Of a stretch of 64,000 nt of DNA, positions 38,801-53,882 are shown piece by piece. Every line of letters begins with the position of its first letter. The first letter of the stretch is position 1. The notes beneath the pieces were generated by a model. It saw only the letters and a program-made list of their open reading frames with translations. It was not told the origin of the DNA and ran no database searches. The stretch is taken from NCBI GenBank assembly GCA_017499595.2, contig CM038999.1, forward strand, positions 3,906,001 through 3,970,000, read 5' to 3'. The stretch is from Psilocybe cubensis. Lineage: Eukaryota. The position numbers were made by a program, and so were the translations under genes.

Positions 38801-39605
38801 AGTCGCTACTTCTGCGAGCTTCCTGAACCATAACCAGCGATCAATTAGGGGAAAGGTTCCAAATTCTGCCGCAACTTTCAACACCAGTGTAGCCCATTCA
38901 ATGTCTTGCAAGTTCCCTGATTGCTGACAACGTTCCGTTAGTGCACGTCCAAGGCTCTTCAGTCGTTCCACCTATAAGGTCGTTAATTATCAAACCGGTA
39001 CATAACAAATTCCCAGAACACACCGATGTCAAACACCTGAGACGTCCGGAATCTACATCGGGCGGTTGGTCTTGCCAAGCCCACCGAACGATATCAGGTT
39101 TTACGTATTCCAACAAGTCTTTCGATAGCTGGGGCCAGTAGTGTGTAGTGGTGCCTCCTTTGAAAATAATAAATGTAATAGATTGTCTTGTCTTTAGTTC
39201 AACGCTGATTCCCTTTTACACGATTTAACGAATTGTTGTCAATGGAGTGAGCAAACTCTTACATTTGGGGCGACTTCACCGTGAAATTGAATTTGAAAGC
39301 CGTATCTAGATAGATCATTGCTCCTGAAGAGAGTTGAAAGGTCATATCGCAGGAGAATGGTAGAGACCTACTTCATAGCGTCAACTGTCAAGAACATCGA
39401 AGTTTTTGTGACCTTGTAATCGAGCGTAGAATGAATTATTCCCGGAAGATCAACTGTTAGATATATAAAACCCTGTAATCGATGGTTTAGGCCAAAAGAA
39501 TAAGCATGCAACTTGTGGTAATTTGTAGAGTCGACACACATTTCCACTGGCAGTAGAATGGCCACCCTGTGCCCATAAAACTGAGGGGACTCTGACACCG
39601 GCCAT
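35849..39605 (-). CDS. p23-like (CS) domain + TPR-like repeats + CHAT protease, copy 1 (apparently intact)
   Basis: Start MAGVRVPSVLWAQG; IYLTVDLPGI; YWPQL..KPDIVRW; repeated LxNLGxSY..RF..GD..DI..AI; CHAT motifs WWCPSGPLSFLPLHAAG, HFACHG, LAACQTG, WVPYVHFG. Confidence 0.85.
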
Positions 39606-40442
39606 CTGCTTTGACGATGTTCAGAGTTTGACGAAAATGTTAAGATGCGCAGCAGTGAAGACAAAGGCCGCGTACATGGTTGTTGAGTCGTCATTTTATC
39701 GTTATACGTGCCACCGCGGACATCGACTATTTCACAAGGATATTCCTAGCACAGGCCACGCAGAAGCAGCATTGTTCCATCATACTATAAGGATATGTGG
39801 AAAGAGAAGACGTTCACCGGCACCCTCATTACTTCACAGCCTCAAACGATCCGATTATGTGACACAAGGATGTCTGTGATAGATTGGGACATGGCTGTAA
39901 TGTTGGAATAACGGGATATAGCCGCAAGCAGAGTGAAAGGGAAGTATAGAAAATCTCAGACAACGTGGTAAGCGGGCAGCTGCGCTGTATAGTAGTAGTC
40001 GCTGAAAGAATGTTAGACGTCACACATGAACGCCTGCCAGGAATCTGCATAGCCGTGGCTTTTAGGGCGCAGTCAGATGGGTATGGGGCGCTTATTTGAC
40101 ATACGGCGCCAGCTTGCTGAGAGTGTTGGAAGTTTGGAACAAGTTTGGAAGCGAGGTTGATATGATGTGAGCGAAACACGAACGCGTCACTCTCTGGTCA
40201 CAGATTCCACCATAAGCTGCATTTTCGGAGCTTTCCGCCTATCGTCAGTTTCGAACCAAGATCGAACTACTCCTCTTCGGACCTGGACACCATGACCTGA
40301 ACACCAGCAACTCTGTGCAAGGCTGTCTACCCAATATTTTTCCAGCTTTCTGCGCAACGCAGTTAAATAAAAGCACGGCAACTTTACACGATATTCTGGG
40401 GCGTATAGGCAGGTATAGGCGATTATTTCCAGTGATTTAAAT

Positions 40443-43400
40443 TTAGTATCCGAAATGTACGTATGGAACCCATTTCAGTAGTCCATGCTCACTTTTTCCA
40501 AGATTCTGTCGAACCACCGACGTGGCATGGTCGAGGGCGTAGGCTGCAAGACTACCGTCCAATCCGTTTGGTCCCATCCTGCCTAACAAATACCTATAAA
40601 ACTCCTCTGCAAACAATGGACCGTGCTCGTCCGAGATACTCCACATCGTCCCAACCACCCCGCGATATCCAGCGGCAAGCATCCCAGCGGCCAGGTGAAC
40701 CACCTCTTCGGACAGCGCAAAATCTCCTGTCGAAGTTTGACAAGCAGACAAAAACGCTAACTGGGGTTCCTGAACCCGCTCCTTCATAATTTCAAGCAGA
40801 TCCATACGGCCATCATGGAGGCAAAGGCCGCTCTCGAGGGGTTCTTTTGCATCCTGGACCCCATGACATGCGAAATGTACCCAACTGTATGAGTTCAATG
40901 CTTCTTTGACTTTCTCGCGAGTGGCCTCGTCATGTTCTAACAGCAGTGTTCGCACGCCGTGTTTATCCATCATTGCCTTGAGTGATTTTGTTTCGCGTAT
41001 GGTGGATGGTATAGCCGGAAGACCCGGTGTGTTTGGCTGGCTGATAAGGAGGAGGCCGGATTTACTTCTCGAAGGTGAAGGAGACTTGGAAGCTTGGAAT
41101 TTCTCGATGAGAGATCTGACAGTTGGTGTATATGACGACACGACATAGTCAGACACACATGTCGGGTTTTGTGAGCTGTATAGGCCAGCCGCGTGAAGCG
41201 GGAGAAACGAGAGCGGGCCTGAAGGACACCACCAAATACGTGGACGATCGGCTCGGTTGAGAGGAATCTGGATTGCAAAGCGGATGTCATAAAAAATCAG
41301 CATTGTTTTGGGAATGATATCTTACGGTATATTTGAGCGCGTCAAGGATAGGCTTGACTATTTTGTACCAAATTACTTCCAGCGTGAGCACGATGGAGCT
41401 ATCAACATGGTCTATAGCACCCCGATTGAGATCCCTTGCCGTTCGATGATTATGGATATCATCCTGAAGGGTGCCTTGAAGGCTCCTTGCCAGTTCGTCG
41501 TCAAAGTTGTCAAGTGGGATGTAAAGTGGCTGATCCAATCCACCCGTTAGCGCCAGTGCATTGCAGCGGTCGGTTCCTATACTGAATAATATCACTGCGC
41601 TATCAGGAGGTAACGATGCAAGTAGGCTGGTAGCTTTAGCTGGCTGAAGGAAATCCTCAAGCCCAGGAAGGTCGCGAACTTCTCTAAGAACCTCCTTATA
41701 ATTCTCAGCAGTACGGGTATGGAGTAGAATTTGATCTTGCCAACGTATGTCGTCTTCTATAGAAGAAGCCATGTTGTTCGTCTCGGAGCGCGGTCCAAGA
41801 GTGTCCAGCGTCTTCGCGACGAGCATGAATCTGTCGGCCAGGACAGGATCTTTATTCCGCAATTGGTCGAGTGGGGCACGAAGCTTGTCGATCTGGTTCC
41901 AAACTAGGCACCGACCTTGTTCAAGCCATTCAACAGCAAGGTCAGGCCTCCCGTTGTCGATTGCAGCAGTAACACCTAGAGGGACAAAACCAGCGCTGTC
42001 TTCAAGTTGAAGATTTGCATGACGCCGTTGAATGGTCTGTTCTAACCCCGCAACTTCTGAGAGCAAACTGATGGCAAGACCGAAAAGATATATCGAAGGA
42101 TTGGGGACAATGTTAGAGCTCTGTGATAGTATTGCTGCAGTGCTGGCACAAGAAAAACGTGATGAGGGTGGACCAGATGCTTCGGCACCTTGACAAAGGT
42201 GAGATAACGCGGAGTTGATATCAGTGTTGTCAAAGGTCTTCTGGAAACGTTTTTGACGGGATAATGCAAGGTCGTGGAAGCTTTCCGGAAGAGAAGCATG
42301 CCCATGAGGGGTGACGTCTAGTGCTTGTTGAAACAGAGATATTGCTACGTCAATATCTGCAATATTGCTACTGTGGTTAAAGCGAGATTGGTAAGACCTG
42401 CCTAGATTTTTAAGTCGTCTAGGAAGGCCTGAATCGGTAGCAGACTTTGTGAGGTCAACCGCTTGTTTGTGATAGGATATCGCGTGTTCGACATCAGCTA
42501 CATCTCTAAATAAATGGAATCTCTGCATATACGAATTCCCAAGGTTTGTAAGAAAGCGTGGAAGTTGAGCATGACCTGCCGCTGTCAAGCTCACCGCTTT
42601 GTGGAGGTGAAAAATAGAGGAATCAGCATCTTTGCGATCGCCCAAAGCAACCAAACGATATCTGTACGAATTTCCAAGGTTGGAATGACGGCCACCAAGA
42701 TTAGGATGTCCAGCAGGCGTCAGCTCCACTGCCTTTGTATAATGATTAATAGCAGAATTGACGTCAGCGAGAATATTGGTTCGTTCAAAGCGACATAGTA
42801 GAGAGACACCGAGGTTGATAAAATGGCCAGGAAGATTGGGGTCATCAGCTGCAGTGAGTTGGATTGATCGCTGAAGGTGCAATATTGCAGTATCGATATC
42901 CGCAAGGTCTCCTCTCATTTGGAATCGACATGTGTACGAAGTGCCAAGGTTATGTAAACAAATAGCCTGGTTGGATTGCTGTAGCATACCCGCCTCGACT
43001 GATTTGGTTAGGTGGTGTATGGCTAAATTGATGTCATCGAAATTTCCTTGTCGTTCAGCACGAAATAGAAGAGACGTGCCCAGGCTATGGTGACAACCGC
43101 TAAAATCCTGGTGGCCTTCATGAATCAGTTCAACAGCGAGTTGGTGTTGGTAAATTGAAGAATCAACGTCAGCAAGATCTCCGAGTCTTTCAAAGCGACG
43201 AAAAAGGGAAGTTCCAAGATTATTCAGTCTATTAGGGAGCTCAGAGTCATTAGCAGAGGTGTGGTCCACGACATGGCGGAGGAGAGATATAGAACGATCA
43301 ATATCTATCGGATCCCCTCTTCTCTCGAAAAGAAGCTAAAAATAGTAACCTAAGTTGTTGAGCAATGTCAAATGCAACGGTTGACTGGAAGGGACACTTT

Positions 43401-44359
43401 CCAACGCATCTTCCGTTATCTCTATGGCTGCGGCAAGGTCTTCCATGTTACCCCAATTCTCAAAGCGACCTGCAAAGGCGCATGCTAGCATATGTTGACG
43501 TCTCGGTTTCTCCAGTTGCCAGTCGGAAGTCAGGTTAACCGCCTTGTTGAGTTTGGAAATTGCCATGTTCAAATCGTCGCGATTCTGAAGACTAATAAAT
43601 CGGTTTACAAAAAAGATCCCGAGCTGCTCGCATTCTTCCACCTGTTGTTGTTTTCTGAGTATGTAAATCATATTTGATACCCAGAAGAAACTTGCCTCCT
43701 CAGACGTTGAACCATTATATCCCATCTCCGTCCTTTCAGGATCTGATACATCGTCGGGATCATCGGCTTCCCAGGTCCTCCGAGTACCACAATTCTCGTC
43801 GATGTCATCGGCATCTGATTCGTCCCCTTCCCAGGTCCATCGACTGAAGTCCATTTTGACATTCTCCAGTGCAAGGTTAGACAACCGCGGCCAATATCGA
43901 AGTGTTAGATCGCGTTTCAAGATGGCAAATGTTATCGAGTTTTCTGTTCTCTGCTTGATCAATGCCTTTACTGGGAGATTAGAACGACAACATGAGAGCC
44001 ATAGAGTGCTATGATTCACCTGTGTTTCAACATTCGCATAAAAGTCAAAAGCAACCTGATATTCGTTGACCTCTTCGTCTTGGCTATGAACCGGAGATCA
44101 GACACTCGAACAGGATATTGGGATATTCACTACTCTTTTGCGTAGGCTTTCAAGGAAAAGGAGGTCTCTGTAACATTGTATTCCACGGTTGAATGTATTA
44201 TCCCTGGAATATTTATTGTCAGGTAGATAACGTTCTGCATAATGGATGTTGTAAGCGCAATCAGGCCATCTGGAGTGGCTAATGACTGATCACCTTTTGT
44301 TTGATGATGGAAGAGCTTCGCTGTGCCCATAGAATAGTAGCCATTTTCACGGCAGTCAT
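40443..44359 (-). pseudogene. p23-like + TPR-like + CHAT protease, copy 2 (premature stop)
   Basis: Start MTAVKMATILWAQRSS; YWPRLS..KMDFSRW; CHAT HFACHG/LSACQT; TAG at 43336-43338 where copy 3 has GAG within a continuous exon. Confidence 0.8.
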
Positions 44360-45117
44360 GACATGTGGAGGTTCAACGTGGAGGTCCTGAAGTATTCTCT
44401 TTGCGAAGGAATGAATGCAATGCTGGCAAAACTAGGTGATGAACATGGCCTTGTTTATCGATCTCCAGGATGGAAAGCAAGAGAACAGAATGAAAACGAG
44501 AAGCACGTCGCTTACTTAGTAGGTTGAGGCCGGCTTGGTTAACTGATGCTCGATAGATCCGCAAGTAGGCTCGTTGCGCTTGTTGAGTTTCTGACTAATT
44601 TTTATTTTTTCGAAGTCCGCTGGGTCTGAGACCGAACTTGGAGGTCCGAATAAAGCTCGCGTGATGTTTTCCGGCCAAGCAACAACTTGCCAACAAACAA
44701 CCAACAACGCTATTTACGTGGAATCAACATGGAATCCTTGACGTCTATCATGATTAAACCTTGGACCCAAAGCAAGGGGTCTATATGAAAAATGTTTGAA
44801 GATTGGGAGCATCATCAAGTATTATCTGATTATTTACTTCGAAGTACCCGGCGAACTGGTATGAGAGACTGCTTTGGTGAGCTAGCTGAATGCTTTCAAA
44901 ACTACAATATAAGTGTAAGCTCACGCTCCATATTATGTCTCCATTGGCAGACAGATAGTATCCGAAGCTACCTTCCGCGGTAAGTGGTCCAAAAATGATA
45001 TAACAACAACTGATAACGACAGTAGACAACGTAAAGATTTAAACACGGCAAAAATTGATTAAAGACAGGAGAGTCAACAGCAGTTTGTTCAAAGAATTGT
45101 CTTAAATTGGGGTGTAC

Positions 45118-46269
45118 CTAAGCAAGAGACGCCGGCTCAGAGTTTGGGAGGGGCGCAAACTGCTTTGTTCCTTGGTCTCTAACAAGCGTCAGACCCTTCA
45201 ACTCGACAGCCCCAACGCTGAAGTTCAAAGCTTGGTAAAAGAGAACGATCCGGTCTTGGGTAGGAAGTACGGCAGCGATTGTGCTTCTTGGTGTAGGCGT
45301 CCCCAAAACGACAGGGGCAGATGCCTTGTAGTCCTTGATGGTGATCATCTTGATGTGGTTGTTCTGAGACGACGTATAGAAGCAATAGAGCAGGGCTCCA
45401 TCGTCGACAATGGCGAGACTAGTGTGGGGTGCGAATTTGAGGTCTAAAGTCCGAATTGTCTCAACCACTTGATGGAAATCGTCAATAACCTTGTCTGAGA
45501 ATGGTAAGTTGTATGCTTACTAGCTTCTTGAGAATGTGCAAGCGCAAGTGTGTCCCATTGCAGGTATACGACAGGCATCTTGCTATTGGGAATTACCGAA
45601 ATTCCAGGTCTCACTTTAACTGCACATAGTGATGTGCCGTAGAGTGGAGGGTCAACGACACGCGGGGGAGGAGGGGGAGGGGGAGGAGGGATGGGTGTCA
45701 TATCCGGTATGCCTTTGACCCACTGGTTCGTCTTGGTTGTGAAGCTGACCATCTCAATACCGGCATCACGTCGGGGAGATTGATAATAGAGGCAAATGGC
45801 CTGGAAGCCATTTTCCGCAATGGTTGTCGCGGTGAGTTGGGAATACGCAGCTACACGTATGGCTAATGTAGCAAGCCCGGCTTCTTGTGCCCAGTTGGGA
45901 GATTTAACGCCACGAAGGGTATTGGTGTCGTCAACATAAAAGACGTACTAGTAAGCAGCATTGTCAGCTCGCCGAATTTAAAAACCTTTGACTTCTGCTC
46001 TTAAATACCTTGGTAGAAGAGATGACGGACGCTGCCAAAGGGGTGTACAACTTGGGCGCGTTAGGCCTCTCAACGCTGCCTTGATAACGAGAGACGACAT
46101 GATTCTGGTGGTCATACATGTAGATGTCGACGTTCTGGGTGCCAATTGGGACTTCAAGAGCACCTTGGCACTCGATGATAGCCCCTTGGGTAGTCTGCGC
46201 ATATGTGAAAACGTCTTTGTTGAGAGAAACAGTTGCAAGAGCGGTATCGGGGAGGTAAACACCAGCCAT
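45118..46269 (-). CDS. Fucose-specific-lectin-like beta-propeller protein (3 exons)
   Basis: Repeated blade-like motifs TALATV/TPLAAS/SQLTAT/TSLCAV/TSLAIV/STIAAV each followed by I/V-x-L/F-Y-x-Q-like strands; polyproline linker; no signal peptide seen. Confidence 0.55.
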
Positions 46270-48571
46270 ATCTGCCTATGGAAACACCACTGAGCTTGTC
46301 CTTCAATCAACAAGTATTGCACTTTATATATAATTTTTGTGAGGTTGAGAAGAACCGTTGGACAAGCTGTTAACAACTATTTGTCTCCGGAGTTTGTTCT
46401 CCCCGTACCTTGCTTGACAATTTGATCTATTCTAGTATCAGCGTAGTAGAATCATTGGCTGTTTATATCATTAACTGTACCGTCCTTATCAGCTGGACCA
46501 ATACCTGTCAAAACGCGACTTTTCCAGCGTTGTTTAGCGTACAGGATTTAGCATACAACTGGTTGAGAGAAGCGACCGGCATGGCAGGTTCTATAGATTG
46601 ACCTCTCATGTATTCAACAGAGTGTCAAATAATAACACTGTGCCCCTCGCAGTGTGTGTAATCGAGAGGCTAACTGGCTTCGAAACTCCTTCAACCAAAG
46701 TCCTCTATTCAGTAATCAGTCCATGGACTCGGACATCAATGGTTTCCCCTACTTTCTCAAACAGCCTTATTTGAACATTATAGTTTCTCAGACCTATAGC
46801 AAAGGTAAATGGTATGTTCAAGGGCTGTATGTTCGTTAAGAAGACAGCTGGTTTATCGGATGTTAAAGTTAAAAATACCTTCAAATATCTAAAGTTGGAA
46901 GATGGTTTTCAGTAGTATCTTGGTGGGAAACAGTGGAACTAGAGCAATTCCTGAGTCAAAGATGACATTCATTAAGAACCGGCGTTTGGCTTATTTCAAC
47001 AGCGCATGTTCAACCTGAACGGTGACAACATAAATGATACCAATCCACTGTATTCAACATCATATTTTTAACCTTTGACAATTTCAATAAGCATCGAGAA
47101 CTTTTGAATTGTACGGCGAGTTACTGATGTACTGTGGCATACGTGGGATAGTCGTTGTGTCGGTCAAAGAAATGCAGAATCAAACAGTATTTTGTTAATC
47201 TATTCCACATCCATTAATTCCATTATCTGTTTTGTGGAGTTAGAATTTATTCCAGTGTATAGCAGTCACCTTTCTTTGAGGGTAAATTTAAGCATCCTCT
47301 CTACCTGCTTATGTTTTAGAAAGTTCTTCATCGAGGCTCTGATGGGGACCTCGAGAGTATTTTTATTGAACTTCGTACTGTATCAATTGAATTATTTTGA
47401 AGCAAGGCAGCATACCCATACATGGGCTTGTACTTCTCTCCGGCGAAAAAAAAGTTCCGTAGAACAACAGTGTCCTTCAAATTCTAAACATAGCCATGTT
47501 CAATGTCCATTCAATCTCCTCGCAGAGAAACTCCGATAAATACAGCGTCATGTAATCTTCACACAAGTTAGGAGTAACAGGATATTGTACAACAGCAGAT
47601 TCAGATTGATAATCTCAGCAAAAACATTGATTTATATTGATATATTGACTACGTATCCATGAGGCTAGAAAACCAACAGTTCAAACAAAAAAAAATTTGA
47701 AAGAGAATAGAAAGAGACCAGTAAAATGGATAACTAAGTCTGCCTGCTCACATCCTCAAAATCAGCATTGACGCCCCAAAACTTTCGTTCCTCCATTGGG
47801 TACTATGTTGGTACTCTCTGCAATGAGATGTAGCACTAACGTACATTTGAGAATCTGTCCCTTCCTATTCAAAATCTATTTTGAGTACTCGATTAGTGCC
47901 AGCTGAAATAGGGAGACATATAGTCAAAATGAACGAGGTAGGTTCAGAGCAAAGACGGTAGCAGAATCCGAAGAGGCAGGCCCCGGGAAGCTCCCCTAAG
48001 GACTTGTCCGGAATTTTGCTGATTTTGGCCCTCAAATCCGCGAAACCGGACAGACCTCCTCAGGGGTACTTCCAAACTTGGGCGTATTTGATGGATTTTG
48101 TATCTTCTTCTCTCCATTTAAACTGAATTTAGAACGTAAAATATTTTTTGACCCTGGAAAACGTCCCAATAATGCGTGATTGGCCTCAAATCCGCCAAGA
48201 GGCTCGTGCTGCGGCATTTGTCAGTTAAAACGGCCATGTTATTTCCCGGGAGTTTCCCGGCAGAATTCGAGATTTCACCTTCAAGCTCAGTCCTGAGTGA
48301 AGTCACTGTCATCAGATAGAAGATAAAACTGTTAATTGCATATGTCCCAGCGATCCTTCCGAGAAGAACCAGGGAAGAGCGTTTTCCAGTTCCCCAAATT
48401 AGAGAAATACAGCGCCGGTGCCGCCCAGAGCTCCGTCATCGCCGGCCTTTGATGTGTCGATTACTTGCAGATCAATCGTCCCCGGTGGTTGGTATGTTGC
48501 GGCACTCGACGTCTAGTTTTCGCGTTTCAATGCTTGGCTTCCAAATCTCAACTACGTCCTAACCTCTTACG

Positions 48572-51500
48572 ATGGAAAAGAGGCAGAAGCCTGCACGAAA
48601 AGGGACCTTGCAGTCCGGAACCAAGTCAAAGAACTTGAAGAAAGCAGAGGGAAAAGTGGAGGTACGTGGATCAGATGCTTTGAACAAACTGCTCATTTCA
48701 TTTCATTCCTCAGCGTCGCCGCGATATATTCCTCAAACCCTTCTCTCTCATCTTTCGACCTAGCGGCTCTGAGAGTGACGTTGCCACATCAGGGGGAGTC
48801 CATGCTGGGTTGATAGCTCAGGTAATTTCTATTGCTGTGCTTTTGAATTCCCAATTGAAAGAGTTGAATGACCAGGCAGCATGGGTAATTACTTCGGTCG
48901 TATATCTGAATCGTATAGACGTCTTTACGTGACTTGACTAGGCTGCGCAAGACATCGCCAGCAAAGTAGGAAAGGGATATGGCGGTAATCTGACTGAAGT
49001 GGGCTTGTTTACTCTTTGTATTGGGAATGTTCTTCAGTACTTACGATCAATCCAGGAGTTCGAAAACGTCGAGATAAACAGCGTGATTCCAAAGTCCATT
49101 GAATTTGTAAGTCTTGTTCAATCACTTCAATGTCACGGCAAATTCAATCAATGTATCTAGCACGACGCAGTCTCCGAACCAATCCCAACCGATTTCAGCA
49201 ATGCCGTTCAGGAGGCACAGATCAGTGTTTTGGCCATGCAAAGTCATTCTTCCATGCCGCAAGAGTCTTTCAAAACCACTTTCGAGCTTGTTTTACGCAA
49301 ACTCGACTCGTTCAGCTCAATTGTCGAAGACCTCGCCGAAGTGAGTTTTGACTGACCTGTCTTGTCGGCAAATATCAACATAAACGCCCCTTTAGATCCA
49401 TCCCTTCGCCAAAATGGCATATAAAATTCTATTCTTCGCATCCAACGTACGCTATGAGCCTTTCCATATCATAGTCTATTAATCGCTCATTTCATGCCAG
49501 GCCATCGTGGAGCAGATGGACCTCGATAATGACATCCGCGACCTCGTGGGACTTGTAAATAAAACCTATATATTCGTGGATCAAGCGCATCAAGTCCAAG
49601 ATATGCTTCCCCAACTCGAGATTCTCAAGGCACTGACGCTCAAGACAGTTGAGGTGGCCCATTTTATCGTTGATTATTCAAAGAAGAAAAACTTTTGTAC
49701 GCACCTGTCCTGAAACCGCTATATCGATGCTTATATGTACTCCTTTAGGGGTTCGTACATGCCAGAATCTGGTGTCGAGTGCGAAGGAACGCATAACTGC
49801 CTTCACAACCGAGTTCGACGAACTGATGAACGACTTTCGTACTCATAGCGCGTTGCATACGCAAGTCAATACATATCATTTACTTGGAAAGCTAGACCGC
49901 CTGAGTGAGAGTCACAATCCTTACTCCGTTGTTGTGGTTTTCTAACGTCTCTGGAGGTTCTGATTTCGATCTCAACTCTGTAGAGTATGCCAAGGGAGCG
50001 ACCGGATACAGTTCAGTAAAACAGTGCCTGGCTACTACCCGCGTTGAGATCTTAGACGAGATAACCAACTGGGTGAATGACACCTCGAGCGAATCCAACG
50101 TCATGTGGGTGTCTGGAGGCGCCGGTACTGGTAAATCTACTATCGCGCACACCATTGCACGCCGCTTCGCTGAACTTGGGAGCCTTGGATCGTGTTTCTC
50201 TTTCGATAAGAACGCCGCCGGTGATCGCCGACATGAGAAGATATTTAGCACCATTGCTCGAGATCTCGCGGACATCGACCCTGCCGTCAAATCTGCATTG
50301 TCCCAAGTGTTGCATGATGCGCCGGCTTCTGTCAAGTCCACCACCGATTTATTTCAGCAATGGGAGACGTTCATCTTGGGGACCTTCAAAACGATTTACG
50401 ATCGAGAAGAGTCCTCTGCTAGTATCATTGGACCTGTCTTGATCGTTATAGATGCCTTGGACGAAAGTGGTGACGACATCAAAACCCGCAGCGCTTTGCT
50501 CTCCATTCTAGGGGGTGAGAAGGGGTTCATTCAAAATCTGCCTCGCAACTTTCGTATTGTCATAACATCTCGACCTTCGGTTGATATCTACAATGTTCTC
50601 AAAGACCGTTCCCATGTCGTGATCAAATCAATGGATGACATACCGCTATCCAAAGCCTTAGCCGATATTTCTGCCTACATCTCAAGTCGACTGCTCCCCC
50701 AGCTTGAAGACTTTCTCGATGCAGATCATCTACAGATCCTAGTCGGGCATTCAGATGGTCTGTTTCAGTGGGCGTACCTTGCGTGTGAATACATGCTTGG
50801 AAACTCTTTTGGCGGGCTCACAGTCGAAGAGAAATTCGACGATCTCTGCTCCAATTCTGCAGAGGTAACTGGCGATGTCCTTCTCCAAGACACCTACTAC
50901 CTCATTTTGAGCAAGCTATTCGATATCAAGAGACCGACTGTACTTGCGCGATTCCAGTCTGTCATGGGTCAAATTCTGGCTACGATGGAACCGCTGCCTC
51001 AGGCATCCTTGAACACGATACGCAGCAGGTTTATTGGTGTCTCAAAAACTAATAGCGATATCAGCGTAATCGTCAACCATATGGGATCACTTCTTGTTGG
51101 AGTTACCAATAAGACCGTACCAATTCGTCCTGTGCACACGTCTTTTTACGACTTTTTGAAGGATAAAGATGCCAGCAAAGAGTTTTACGTGGATACATCC
51201 ATTGCTCAGTCAACACTTGCACACTCCTGCCTGGACATTATGATTGATAAAACTGGCTTGAAGTTCAATGTCTTGAATATTTCTAGCTCGTTTACGCAAA
51301 ATCAAGATATTCCTTCGAGTGCTCTTGAAACTATACCTGCGCATCTTGTATACGCATGCAAATTCTGGGCCAACCATCTTGAGAAGACGGAGCCAGATGA
51401 CCACCTACTGTCGGCCATCCATTCTCTCCTCTTCGAAAAGTTTCTTTTCTGGCTGGAGGTCATCGCTTTGACAAAGTCCATGAATAAGTGTGTCGAAGCA

Positions 51501-53882
51501 TTGTCGATTTTGACCCTTTGGATACCTGACCCTACTTCCGAGACAAAACTGTTTGCCGAGGATGCTCAAAAGTTTATACGAGTGTTTGGCGGAGTTCTGG
51601 ATGAAAGTGTCCCCCATTTGTATCTGAGTGCAATCCCTTTCGCTCCCCGCCAATCTGTAATATACCGGACGTATAACCAATTCTTTCATCACACATTAAA
51701 GGTTGCAGAAGGCCATTTAAATAATTGGCCTACCTTACAGCTGACTATCACCAGTCATTATGACGCTGTCAATTCGGCTGCCTTTTCTCCTGATGGCACT
51801 CTTATTGCTTCTGGTTCGGATGACGAATCAGTGATCGTGTATGATGCTGTTACGGCAGAGGAAATATACACTTTTGAAGAACACGCCGAATCCGTCCTTT
51901 GTCTTGCATTTTCACCGAAAGGAGAGCTACTGGCATCGTGTTCTGACGACGGAAATGTAATTCTTTGGAACCCGAGAACAGGAGCGGTCGCCCACAGATG
52001 GGAGCACGATGGGGATTCCGCACAGCACGTAGCCTTCTCTGCTGATGGTACCAAGCTTGCTGTTGTTCTGGAGAAATTGTCCGTATGTGTATATGCCGTG
52101 AGCTCGGGAAAAAGGCTCAAAACATTTGGGAAGAAACTTGACGACCCCTCGCTTTGCGCAGCCTTCTCACCAGATAATCTATGTATTGCCTCTTCTACGG
52201 AGAGCGGAAAAATCTACATCTGGGACGTAAAATCTGGGAATGAGCTTCAAATTCTTGGTGCTGACGATGAAGACCCATGGACAGTTTCGTCTATTGCCTT
52301 TTCGCCGGTCGATAGTAACATCCTCGCTACTGTATTGCATGACGACTCCGTCTGTATTTGGGATATCGCTAAATCCGCCAAGATTCATGTTCTGGAGGGA
52401 CATACCGATTCAGTTACCAGTGTAGCATTTTCCTCGGATGGAACCAAAGTTGTCTCGGGTTCAGCTGACACCGACATCATCATTTGGAATGCAATAACAG
52501 GCGAAGAGATAAACACTCTCGAGGGTCATTCTGACTGGGTACAATCTGTTTATTTTTCACCTGACGATTCCCAGGTCGTCTCGGCATCCATCGATAATAC
52601 GGTTTGTGTTTGGGACGCAGTGGCAGGGCACTCAACTGAATATGTTTTGGAGGGCCATTCTGCCTGGATAGCGGCAGTTTGCTTATCGTCTAATGGCGAT
52701 TTCATCGTGTCTGCCTCTCATGACTGTACCATAGGAATTTGGGATTCAAACACCGGGACCCTTATAAAATATCTTGAAGACGGGCATGAAGATCCCATAA
52801 AATGGGTCACCGTATCATCGGATAACCTTTGGGTCGCTTCTGCATCCGACGACGAAATGGCAATTATCTGGGACATCGAATCGGGGAAAGTAATCAAAAC
52901 CTTCAAAGGTCACACTGACAGCATCAGTTGCGTGGCTTTCAAGTATGATAACTCCAAGATTATCACCGCCTGCGACGACTACCTCGTTCACATCTGGGAT
53001 GTAGAAACTACCAAAATCGATCTGGTGTTTAACAAGCACACCGATGTCGTATTTGCAGCCCAATTCTCACCAGACGGAGAAATTGCCGCTTCGTGTGGAT
53101 CCGACAAGTTGACCTACGTTTGGAATTCTTCCACAGGGGAAATTTTGCATACCTTGAAAGAACACGAAGACGATATTTACAATCTTGCATTTTCTCCCAA
53201 CGGAGAACATCTTGTAACAGGATCTCATGACTGTTTGCTTTGCATATGGGACATCAAGAGCGGTCAATTGCTGAAGAAACTCGAGCAGGTTGATACCGCC
53301 CTCAGTGTTGCATATTCCCATGACGGAACAAAGATCGTTTCCGGCTCCGACGATCATATGGTTTATGTATGGGATGTTGAATCGGGACAGGTAGTTACTC
53401 AGCTTGAAGGGCACTCAGGATCTGTTCAAGCAGCGGTATTTTCCAATGACGGTTCAAAAATTGTATCCTGTGGGGCGGATAGAATGATCCGTGTCTGGGT
53501 TCTCGAAAAACAGCCAGGTATGTTCTCGACGTGGACTTGTCCTGTATTCAAATTTTACTCATGACATTGTATATCGATAGGCGACGACCACAACATCCAA
53601 TTCTCCAATGTGCCAGAGCACGCTTTGAAGATTACTGAAGATTTTTTGAACTTCACTCCATTGAACGAGGACGATGATAAACCTGTAACCAAGGTATGGG
53701 ACCAAGCGTGTGGATGGGCGGTGGGACCGAAAGGTCAGAAGTTATTCTGGGTCCCACCTCAGTTTCACGGGGGCCTCATTACTCCCAGCACCTCGTTGTT
53801 AATCGGGCCTCAAAGGACTACTCTTGATTTGAGTGACCTTGTTTATGGTTCCGAGTGGCCAAAGTGTTTTCTTCAGAATTAG
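48572..53882 (+). CDS. NLR-like STAND protein: helical N-terminal domain, NACHT NTPase, ~14 WD40 repeats (HET-E-like architecture)
   Basis: Walker A VSGGAGTGKST, Walker B LIVIDALDES, HTSFYDFL, YACKFWANHL and FLFWLEV, then 14 GH..WD-type repeats; start codon and 5' exons uncertain. Confidence 0.9.

Noticed and set aside
47985-48330. Possible relic transposon end (CCGGAC motifs, repeated CCTCAAATCCGC)
   Set aside because: It resembles TE subterminal sequence, but I found no matching TIR partner or TSD.
48572-49900. Amyloid signalling motif or HeLo/HET effector domain at the NLR N-terminus
   Set aside because: I recognised no convincing motif and the exon structure is uncertain; a profile search is needed.
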